Shown here: positions 37,196 to 45,377 of the stretch, one piece after another | Layout: every line of letters starts with the position of its first letter | How positions within the stretch are numbered: position 1 is the first letter of the stretch | IMG/VR virus record: IMGVR_UViG_3300025168_000032 | Coordinates: 64,001-128,000 of that record | Origin: a virus | DNA length: 64,000 nucleotides | Strand: one strand, 5' to 3' | Notes under the pieces: generated by a model | Database searches by the model: none | The model's input: only the letters and a program-made list of their open reading frames with translations | What the model was told of the DNA's origin: nothing | Position numbers and translations under genes: made by a program

Positions 37196-38467
37196 ATGTC
37201 TTTACCAACCTTAACACCGACTTCAACAACTAGCGCTATTGTTTTACCAGAAACGGCTTCGTTTAACGGCTCAACTGCGGCTAACTCACACGTTTCTGAT
37301 GCTTGTCCCATAGGATATTACACAGCTAGCGTCAATTTTGTCTCTGGGGCAGTTGCCCAAGTAGCTTACACTTATAAGAAACTTGGCGGAGATGTCTTAG
37401 ACATTGAGTTGACCTCTGGTAGCGTTTTCGCGAACTACGAAGAGGCTGTCTTAGAATATTCTTATATTGTAAACCTACACCAGTCAAAAAATATACTAGG
37501 GTCTTCTCTTGGGTCTACCACTGGTTCTTTTAATCACAAAGGCGAAAGAACAGACAGTGGTACTAAAAATATCGAATTAAAATATCCTAAGTTTAGTTTT
37601 GAAACAGCATTTAGGGTATCAGATGCGTTTTCCACAGAGGCTACAGTCGGCGGGAACACACCAATTTACTCTGCTTCTTTCGATTCGGTGACCAACCAGC
37701 AAGAGTATGACTTACAGAGCATTGTGTCTGCCATCGATACAGGCGATTCTAACTCACCATTCTACGGAGAAGTGGGAAATAAACGAGTTTTTATACGTCA
37801 AGTATACTACGTGTCCCCTCGACAGATGTGGCGATTTTTCGGCTATTATGGCGGCCTAAACGTTACTGGTGATATGAGCACATATGGACAGTATGCTGAC
37901 GATTCCTCGTTTCAAGTTATCCCAGCATGGCAGAACAAAATACAGGCCATGCAATACGAAGATCACCTGTATACCAGAACCAGTCATTACTCATACGAGA
38001 TTGTCGATAATACTTTATTATTATATCCGGCTCCCACTTCGCAGTCACCAGACAAATTTTTCTTTAGGTTCTCTGTATCGCAGGACCCTTGGACGGATGA
38101 TAAAGATATAGGCCAAGACGGTATCAATAATATGAACACCTTGCCATTCGAAAATATTGCTTATGAAAATATCAATTCGATCGGGAAACAGTGGATTCGA
38201 CGATTCTCTTTGGCACTATCTAAGGAAACTCTTGGGCAAATTAGAGGCAAATTCGGTGGAGCGATCCCAATACCGGGAGACAATATCACCTTAAACGCTT
38301 CAGACTTGTTGTCACAAGCCCAAACAGAGCAAGAAAAACTTAGAGAAGAACTTAAGACACAGCTTGATGAAGTCACATATCCTAAGCTTATTGCTAGTGA
38401 TAAGGAAGTATCTGACAATTCTAAAGCTATCTTGTCAGAAGTTCCACTAAAGATATTTGTAGGTTAA
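37196..38467 (+). CDS. Neck/head-tail connector protein (gp13-like)
   Basis: LGGDVLDIELT, WIRRFSLALSKETLGQIRGKF, LNASDLL; position in the virion module. Confidence 0.8.
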   Translation: MSLPTLTPTSTTSAIVLPETASFNGSTAANSHVSDACPIGYYTASVNFVSGAVAQVAYTYKKLGGDVLDIELTSGSVFANYEEAVLEYSYIVNLHQSKNILGSSLGSTTGSFNHKGERTDSGTKNIELKYPKFSFETAFRVSDAFSTEATVGGNTPIYSASFDSVTNQQEYDLQSIVSAIDTGDSNSPFYGEVGNKRVFIRQVYYVSPRQMWRFFGYYGGLNVTGDMSTYGQYADDSSFQVIPAWQNKIQAMQYEDHLYTRTSHYSYEIVDNTLLLYPAPTSQSPDKFFFRFSVSQDPWTDDKDIGQDGINNMNTLPFENIAYENINSIGKQWIRRFSLALSKETLGQIRGKFGGAIPIPGDNITLNASDLLSQAQTEQEKLREELKTQLDEVTYPKLIASDKEVSDNSKAILSEVPLKIFVG

Positions 38468-38471
38468 TTGA

Positions 38472-38963
38472 ATGTCAGATAACAAATGGAAAAAACCAGA
38501 TCAACCACCCCCACCACTCTTTCTTGGTAAAAAAGAGAAGGACCTTGTTAAACAAATCAACGACGAAATCATCGAAAGAGTCGTTGGGCAACAAGTTCTT
38601 TATTTCGCCATTGATATAGACCACACGAACTATCATCCGCTGTATGGAGAGGCGATTGAGAAGACTTTTTTGCCACCGATAAGGGTTCATGCCCTCATCG
38701 AGTACCAAGGCATAGAAAGTACCTATATGGCCGGTATTGGAGTTGACAAACTGACCAAAATAAATGTCAAATTTCACAAAAGACGCTTGACCGAAGATCA
38801 AGACTTGTTTGTTAGGGAAGGGGACTTTGTTAGATACGGAGAAATCTTTTACGAAATTGTAAAACTTAATGAACCTAAGCTCCTCTTCGGGCAGCCCGAA
38901 TCTAGGTTCGAGATACAAGCAGATTGCATAAGAGCAAGGGATGGGTTATTTAATGCCGATTAA
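38472..38963 (+). CDS. Neck/head closure protein (gp14-like)
   Basis: YHPLYGEA, VREGDFV..GEIFYEI. Confidence 0.7.
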   Translation: MSDNKWKKPDQPPPPLFLGKKEKDLVKQINDEIIERVVGQQVLYFAIDIDHTNYHPLYGEAIEKTFLPPIRVHALIEYQGIESTYMAGIGVDKLTKINVKFHKRRLTEDQDLFVREGDFVRYGEIFYEIVKLNEPKLLFGQPESRFEIQADCIRARDGLFNAD

Positions 38964-39786
38964 ACATGAACCATTTGAACCATCGTCTATAGAATCTATA
39001 GATACAGCGATGTTTAAATATATTGATGAAGAATTGAACCTTCACGCCAACACCAACAATGGCTATAATAAAGCTAAGGTTCTTTGGTTAGGCGCGGAAA
39101 GAGCATTTCAAATCAAAAACAATAAAGAACTAAGAGACTCTGCTGGTAAATTGATACTACCTCTTATAGTGGTAAGCAGGGATTCAATCTCTAAAGATCC
39201 TGCTTTTAAAGGCGCCTTTCAAGCTAACGTGTTTGAACACCCAGATTACAAAGGTGGAGCCATAACTGTCTCAAGAAGGATCAAACAAGATAAAACAAGA
39301 AACTTTGTTAACACAAAAAGAAACAGAGGGTCAAAGAATGGAGACGAGACAGGCAGAGTTACAAGTTCTAACATTGTTTACCAAGAGATTGTCATGCCTG
39401 CACCGGTTTATGTAGCTGTGATGTATACTATTACCCTTAGAACCGAATACCAGCAGCAAATGAACTCACTTGCTCAGCCTTTTATGACAAAAACCGGCAA
39501 TATCAACAGTTTTATGCTTAAAAACGACAATTATCGCTATGAAGCCTTCATACAACCGGATTTTAGTGAAAGTAAAAATTTGGATAACCTAGGGGAGGAA
39601 GAAAGGATGTTCGAGACAAAGGTCCAGATTAGAGTACAAGGATATCTGGTCGGAGAGGGAGACAACAGAGAAAAGCCAAAGGTAACAATCAGAGAAAACC
39701 GAACAAAAGTGAGAATTTCTAGAGAAAGAGTTATTATTGGAGACAAAATTCCTTGGAAGGATAAAGACAGCGATTACAGAGATTAG
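38953..39786 (+). CDS. Tail terminator/sheath stabiliser (gp15-like)
   Basis: LILPLIVVSR, MPAPVYVAVMYTITL.TEYQQQMN; lies before the sheath gene. Confidence 0.7.
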   Translation: MPIKHEPFEPSSIESIDTAMFKYIDEELNLHANTNNGYNKAKVLWLGAERAFQIKNNKELRDSAGKLILPLIVVSRDSISKDPAFKGAFQANVFEHPDYKGGAITVSRRIKQDKTRNFVNTKRNRGSKNGDETGRVTSSNIVYQEIVMPAPVYVAVMYTITLRTEYQQQMNSLAQPFMTKTGNINSFMLKNDNYRYEAFIQPDFSESKNLDNLGEEERMFETKVQIRVQGYLVGEGDNREKPKVTIRENRTKVRISRERVIIGDKIPWKDKDSDYRD

Positions 39787-39845
39787 TGTCATTAGCGTTA
39801 TAAGATACTATTTACTTTGAGAAAGATTATAAGGAGATTTTTTTA

Positions 39846-42800
39846 ATGCCTAGAAAATTTGATTTTGTATCGCCCGGTATTTCTATTGAAGAGATTGATG
39901 AGAGTATTATTGAGGCGCCAGTAACTGATGACGGTTTATTAATTATTGGAAGAGCAAAGGCTGGACCAGCCATGCAACCCACCAAGATTAAAAGTTTAAG
40001 AGACTTTGTTGCTGTTTTCGGCGACCCGATTAGTGGTAAAGGAACCGCTAACAATGATGTTTGGAGAGATGGGAATAACCAATCTCCGACATACGGAGCT
40101 TATGCAGCCCAAGCGTGGCTAGCATCAGAAACCTCACCAGTTACCTTTATAAGGCTGCTTGGTCAAGATGCAGATAACCAAGCCAGCGGATATATTAAGG
40201 CTGGTTGGAATCTGGATGGTGCCAATTTAACTGCCGATACCGGTACACATGCAACAAACGTTACCGCATACGGGTTATTTATTATGCCCTCAGCATCAGC
40301 CACAGTAAACGTAACTGGAACATTGGCTGCTGTTATTTATGCAACTGGTGCTGCTGTTACTCTTAGTGGTACAATGGCTGGCGGTCTAAAAAACACCATC
40401 AATTCCTCTGCCACTACATCCTCCGCTGGATGTATGATCGAGTCTATTTCAACAGGTGGCAAAGGAAACACCTTTACGCTTGAAATTAGAGATTCATACA
40501 CCGAGTCTAGCGTTGTTGAGAAGCACGTATTTCATCTTGATCCTGATCAAAAAGATAATTATATTAGAAATGTATTGAACACTAACCCTCTTAAGACTTT
40601 TGCTACGAACTACGGCTCTGCGAATGCAAAGAAGTACTTTTTAGGTGAAACTTATGAAGAGGCAGTTCAGGCATTAGTTTCTGGCTCTACTGCTGGGGCT
40701 CAATACGGTGTAATCCTTCCATTGGTTAGTGGTTCTTCTAACATGGTAACACACCAAGAAGCAGCCACACCAGCCAAGTCTGGTTGGATTATTAACCGAG
40801 ACCCAACACCACAATTGAATTCATCAGCTTTCGATGCCTCTCAATTAAAGAAGCTTTTCCGCGTGGTTTCTCTCCATGATGGAGAATGGTTCCAAGCGAA
40901 TTATTATGTTACTATCGAAGATCTTAAGCTCGGTACTGTTACCAATCCCAATTCCTCTTTCACTCTTAGTGTTAGAAAGACTGGGCAAAATGGAGAACTT
41001 GTAGAGCAATTTTCAAATTGTAACTTAGACGAATCTTCTGATAGTTTTGTCGGAAAGAAAATTGGAGATATGAGTCAAACTTGGAATACTACCAACATGG
41101 TATTTGATATTTCTGGTGATTACATGAACCAATCTGACTATATTAGAATTGAAATGGGTGATGACTGGAAGTCTGGAATCGATGATTCATACATGCTTCC
41201 ATGGGGCTTCTTTGGGCCAGTTAGACCTAAAGGGTTTACTATGTTAGAAGGCTCCACCGGAGTACAGGCTCTTCCTGCTGCCGGAGTAGATCCAGTAGAT
41301 GCTGGTGTTGTTGCTACGGCACAAGTTACATATACTGGTGACCACGTCGATGATGGCGGAAAATTAATATTTAATCACCCTGACGGCTTCGCATACGAAG
41401 TTAGAGCGGCCGCTACTGCTAACTCTACTGCGTGGACATTAACATCAGGAGTCTACGTCTGGACTGTAGATACACAAGATAGTTCCGGAACTGGTAATAA
41501 TCATACAAAGTATGCAGATAAAGTTGCTGAAGCTCTTAATTTAATGGAAGGCTATACTGCCGCAGATAGTGGGGGTGTTGTAACAATTATTGCTGTTGGG
41601 CCCGGGGCTCATTATACATTTACAATGAGTGAGAGTGGTGACGATTCGACCCATCAGGCACTTGGATCTGTAACTGCTGGTACAGACACATCAAACTTGG
41701 CCCATGTATATGTTAAAGGTAATAACAACGTTATTCATTCTGGTGGTGATGCAGCACAATTTGCAAAGATGCCAACCATAATGTCAGCATCGATTCACTT
41801 CCCAAGGCTAAAGCTTACTGAAGAAAGCACCAATAAGGCGTCAGCAAATTATAAAAACACTGACATGTTTGGTGTAAGGCACAAATTTGCTTCTAAGAAT
41901 GAAAAGGGTGTTGCACCTAAGAGAGATTATCTTGATCTTACAAGATTTCAAGGTGGCTCTATGGACGTCCACACAACAGCAAATGCTACAGAATATAGTT
42001 TTGTATTCTCAATGGACGAAATAGCTAGAGACGCAAACGGTCTATACTATTGGGCTTCTGGCTCTCACACAATCGCTATTGGCACTCAAACACGAGCAGT
42101 CACAGCAGGGTCCGGATCTCAACAACTAATCGATGACAAGGTTCGTCAATTTGCTGTACCAATGTTTGGTGGATTTGACGGAGTTGATATCACGAAAGCT
42201 GATCCATTCTCAAGCGCTGTTGCCCTTGCATCTAAAGCAGAATCAACATCTTATGCTTATAATAGTGTATCAAGAGCAATTGATATGTGTAACACCGCAG
42301 AATCAGTTAAATATGATGTGATCTCAATACCGGGCTTAACTAACGAAAGCTTGACTAACGATCTAATCAGAATGGTTGAAGAACGCGCTGATGCTTTGGC
42401 GATCATCGATCTTGATGATGGTTATCTTGAGACATATGAGAACAATGGAACAAGAACTGGTGGTACTCTCGCTTCAGTTAAATCTAATTCTGACAGTAGA
42501 GATTATAATACAAGTTATGCTGCTACATACTTCCCAAGAGTAAGAATGAGAGATTCTCTTTCTGGAAATGGCGATATGGTTATCGCTCCTGCTTCTGTAG
42601 CCGCGATTGGAGCCTTGGCATTCTCAGACTCAGATACTGGTGCTCCATGGTTCGCCCCTGCTGGATTTAACAGAGGTGGACTGTCACAACTTGGTGGACC
42701 TCAAGGTCCAAAAGTTATTGGAGCTTTTAAGCAGCTTTCAAAATCTAACCGAGACGAACTTTACCAAAGAAACATTAACCCTGTTGCTCGATTCCCTGCA

Positions 42801-43169
42801 ATCGGTGAGACCGTTATTTTCGGTCAAAAAACTCTTCAACAAACCAAATCTGCACTTGATAGAATTAACGTTCGCAGATTGATGATCTTCCTTAAGAAGA
42901 GAGTCGGAAGAGTAGCTGAAACTGTATTGTTTGACCAAAATGTTCAAGCAACATGGTCACGCTTCAAAGCTGGTGCTGACTTGATCCTTAGAGACGCTCA
43001 GTCCAGATTGGGAATTACAGAATATCAGCTTGTTTTGGATGAAACAACCACAACAGCAGATTTGGTTGATCAAAACATTTTGTATGCTAAAGTGTTTATC
43101 AAGCCTGCTAGGGCAATCGAATTCATCGCTATCGACTTTATTGTAACGAGAAGCGGAATTGAATTTTAG
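39846..43169 (+). CDS. gp18: Tail sheath protein (gp18-like, enlarged)
   Basis: FVSPGISIEEID, PWFAPAGFNRG, GQKTLQ, LDRINVRRL, KPARAIEFI. Confidence 0.95.
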   Translation: MPRKFDFVSPGISIEEIDESIIEAPVTDDGLLIIGRAKAGPAMQPTKIKSLRDFVAVFGDPISGKGTANNDVWRDGNNQSPTYGAYAAQAWLASETSPVTFIRLLGQDADNQASGYIKAGWNLDGANLTADTGTHATNVTAYGLFIMPSASATVNVTGTLAAVIYATGAAVTLSGTMAGGLKNTINSSATTSSAGCMIESISTGGKGNTFTLEIRDSYTESSVVEKHVFHLDPDQKDNYIRNVLNTNPLKTFATNYGSANAKKYFLGETYEEAVQALVSGSTAGAQYGVILPLVSGSSNMVTHQEAATPAKSGWIINRDPTPQLNSSAFDASQLKKLFRVVSLHDGEWFQANYYVTIEDLKLGTVTNPNSSFTLSVRKTGQNGELVEQFSNCNLDESSDSFVGKKIGDMSQTWNTTNMVFDISGDYMNQSDYIRIEMGDDWKSGIDDSYMLPWGFFGPVRPKGFTMLEGSTGVQALPAAGVDPVDAGVVATAQVTYTGDHVDDGGKLIFNHPDGFAYEVRAAATANSTAWTLTSGVYVWTVDTQDSSGTGNNHTKYADKVAEALNLMEGYTAADSGGVVTIIAVGPGAHYTFTMSESGDDSTHQALGSVTAGTDTSNLAHVYVKGNNNVIHSGGDAAQFAKMPTIMSASIHFPRLKLTEESTNKASANYKNTDMFGVRHKFASKNEKGVAPKRDYLDLTRFQGGSMDVHTTANATEYSFVFSMDEIARDANGLYYWASGSHTIAIGTQTRAVTAGSGSQQLIDDKVRQFAVPMFGGFDGVDITKADPFSSAVALASKAESTSYAYNSVSRAIDMCNTAESVKYDVISIPGLTNESLTNDLIRMVEERADALAIIDLDDGYLETYENNGTRTGGTLASVKSNSDSRDYNTSYAATYFPRVRMRDSLSGNGDMVIAPASVAAIGALAFSDSDTGAPWFAPAGFNRGGLSQLGGPQGPKVIGAFKQLSKSNRDELYQRNINPVARFPAIGETVIFGQKTLQQTKSALDRINVRRLMIFLKKRVGRVAETVLFDQNVQATWSRFKAGADLILRDAQSRLGITEYQLVLDETTTTADLVDQNILYAKVFIKPARAIEFIAIDFIVTRSGIEF

Positions 43170-43212
43170 TAACAGCCAACTAATTATATAAGATTTATAG
43201 GAGTATTATAAA

Positions 43213-43779
43213 ATGGCATTTTGGAGTAGCGCAGACGTAGAACCAAAGAGAAATTATAGATGGAAGGTCATCTTAGATGGTTTCGGTGGAAACAACATTC
43301 TTTGGTGGGCGAAGACCGTAACGGTTCCATCATATGATGTTTCCGAAGTCGAACACAATTTTTTTGATAATAAATATTATTATCCCGGACGTGTAAGTTG
43401 GTCAGAGGTCACTTTGACTCTTGTTGATCCTATCTCACCGGATGCTGTTCAGTTGACAAACAAATTGTTAATTGATTCAGGTTATAATATCCCTATGAAT
43501 GGCAATGGCGCGAGTGCAAATCAAAAGGCTACGATATCTAAGGCTAAAGCCACTAATGCTGGTTTTAAAAGTATGTCAATTCATGTTGTAAACGCGGACG
43601 GTCAGGATATAGAAGTTTGGTATCTCAGGAACCCGTTTCTTAAATCAGCTAAATATGGCGATTTGGATTACTCAAGTGACGATCTTAGAACTGTAGAAAT
43701 GGCAATCCGTTATGATTGGGCAGAGTGCGAAATAGGCGGAGCCAGTGGGACCCCAGAAAGACAGTTCAAACGGGTATAG
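43213..43779 (+). CDS. gp19: Tail tube protein (gp19-like)
   Basis: EPKRNYRW, YYPGRVSWSEVTLTLVDP, YGDLDYSSDD, IRYDWA. Confidence 0.88.
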   Translation: MAFWSSADVEPKRNYRWKVILDGFGGNNILWWAKTVTVPSYDVSEVEHNFFDNKYYYPGRVSWSEVTLTLVDPISPDAVQLTNKLLIDSGYNIPMNGNGASANQKATISKAKATNAGFKSMSIHVVNADGQDIEVWYLRNPFLKSAKYGDLDYSSDDLRTVEMAIRYDWAECEIGGASGTPERQFKRV

Positions 43780-43795
43780 ATTAATAGGAGTTTAA

Positions 43796-44272
43796 ATGAC
43801 CTTTTGGAGTGCTTCCGATTTAGAACCAACACGAAAACATCGCTTCCTCGTTGAACTTGGCGGTGTCGTCTTGTGGTGGGCAAAATCAGTTACCAAACCA
43901 AGCTTTGATATCTCCACGAACAGATACACTGCTATTAATCACTCAATTGAGTATCCGGGAATACTTACTTGGAATGATGTAACTCTCACGATTGTTGATG
44001 TTGGCAAAAAAACTAAAGAATTGTATGATAAACTCGAAGATATGGGGTATAGTGCCCCCGGCTCGACAACAGGCGGATTTGGCGGAATCAAAAAAGGCGA
44101 TAAAAGCGATTTAAAGATTTATCAAATGGATGCTAGCGGAAAAACTATTGAAGAGTGGATTTTAAACAATGTTACAATAAAGACTGTTAATTTTGGAGAT
44201 CTCAGCTACAGTGATGATGAACTGGTTGAGATGTCAATGACTATTGCCTATGATTGGGCAGAATTTAAATAA
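43796..44272 (+). CDS. Second tail tube-like protein
   Basis: Same motif set as 43213 (EPTRKHRF, YPGILTWND, FGDLSYSDD, AYDWA). Confidence 0.82.
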   Translation: MTFWSASDLEPTRKHRFLVELGGVVLWWAKSVTKPSFDISTNRYTAINHSIEYPGILTWNDVTLTIVDVGKKTKELYDKLEDMGYSAPGSTTGGFGGIKKGDKSDLKIYQMDASGKTIEEWILNNVTIKTVNFGDLSYSDDELVEMSMTIAYDWAEFK

Positions 44273-44289
44273 TTTAAAAGAGGTGAAAA

Positions 44290-45141
44290 TTGTCAAGAAA
44301 TAATATGGATAGAACTGGGGCGCCACCTGCCGATGCCCCAATAATGCAACAGGCAGAAAGTGGCTTCAACCCTTTGAGCTTTGTAGCTCCAACGGAAATG
44401 GTTGATTTACCATCAAAAGGAAAGGGATACCCTGCAAACCATCCACTGCACAATAAAGAAACAGTGGAAATCAAGTTTATGACCGCTAAGGAAGAAGACA
44501 TTTTAGCGTCCCAGAGTTTGATCAAAAAGGGTATTGTTATCGAGCGATTTATTGAAAGTATTTTGCTTGATAAGAATATTAAGCCGAAAGATGTGCTTAC
44601 TGGTGATCGAAACGCTGTTATCATCGCCGCTCGTATCTCTGGATACGGCTCTGATTACGAGACAAAGGTAAATTGCCCCTCTTGTCAGAAAAGCAGCAAG
44701 TTTGAATTTGACTTAAACGATCAAAAAATACATCAAACGGAGGTTAGCGAAGATCTAAATCTGACCCATGCTGAAGATGGATTATTTCAAACCTTAATGC
44801 CCTTTTCAAAGTTTAAAATTAAATTTAAACTCCTTAAAGGAGAAGACGAAATGTATCTTGCTAAACTTATGAATAATAAGAGAAAAGGCAAACTACAAGA
44901 ATCCGTTCTCACTGATCAAATGAAACGACTGATCGTTGAGATTGAAGGTCACTCAGACCGCAACATCGTTAACAAGTATGTTGACAATATGCCAACATTA
45001 GACTCAAGGCACTTGAGAGTTTGTTATAAACTCGCCAACCCTGATGTCAAGGTTGCGAATCAGTTCACATGTCCTTCGTGTGGTTTCGAAGAAGGAATGG
45101 AGGTTCCGTTTGGCGCGGATTTTTTTTGGCCTGACCGATAA
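44290..45141 (+). CDS. Baseplate hub assembly/tail chaperone (gp26-like)
   Basis: VDLPSKG, MTAKEEDIL, GDRNAVIIAARI.GYG, two CPSC motifs; TTG start after GAGGT. Confidence 0.8.
   Translation: MSRNNMDRTGAPPADAPIMQQAESGFNPLSFVAPTEMVDLPSKGKGYPANHPLHNKETVEIKFMTAKEEDILASQSLIKKGIVIERFIESILLDKNIKPKDVLTGDRNAVIIAARISGYGSDYETKVNCPSCQKSSKFEFDLNDQKIHQTEVSEDLNLTHAEDGLFQTLMPFSKFKIKFKLLKGEDEMYLAKLMNNKRKGKLQESVLTDQMKRLIVEIEGHSDRNIVNKYVDNMPTLDSRHLRVCYKLANPDVKVANQFTCPSCGFEEGMEVPFGADFFWPDR
45118..45130 (+). other. Putative +1/-2 slippery site GAT TTT TTT TGG
   Basis: T8 at 45120-45127 reads FF in both overlapping frames. Confidence 0.6.
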
Positions 45142-45313
45142 ATACCAAAAATCCGTTTACGAACAATTCTTTATTTTAAAGCACTTCGGTGGCTGGTCAT
45201 TCATTGAGATGTATAACCTCCCGATTGGACTAAGAAACTGGTTCACAGAAAGACTACAGAAGCACTTTAAGGAAGAAAAGGAACAGATGGACAAATCAAT
45301 GAAGAAAAGATAA
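45119..45313 (+). CDS. Downstream chaperone segment (gp51/GT-like), probably reached by frameshift
   Basis: FFGLTDKYQKSVYEQFFILKHFGGWSFIEMYNLPIGLRNWF; overlaps the gp26-like end at a T8 run; no RBS-led start. Confidence 0.65.
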   Translation: MFFGLTDKYQKSVYEQFFILKHFGGWSFIEMYNLPIGLRNWFTERLQKHFKEEKEQMDKSMKKR

Positions 45314-45315
45314 GA

Positions 45316-45341
45316 GTGCCCTCGAATGAGGGCATTTTTTT
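45316..45341 (+). terminator. Intrinsic terminator
   Basis: gtgccctc-gaat-gagggcat + T tract. Confidence 0.8.
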
Positions 45342-45377
45342 ATTTAAACTATTTATGTTTGATAGAGGGATTATATA

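Larger units (their letters stand above)
15408..45355 (+). promoter_or_regulatory. Recurrent putative late promoter motif ACTANTTA
   Basis: Intergenic copies at 15408, 18115, 24412 (TCTATTTA), 28000 (TCTACTTA), 29521, 32512, 35672, 36680, 37167, 39807, 43179 and 45348, mostly 19-50 nt before virion gene starts. Confidence 0.75.
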
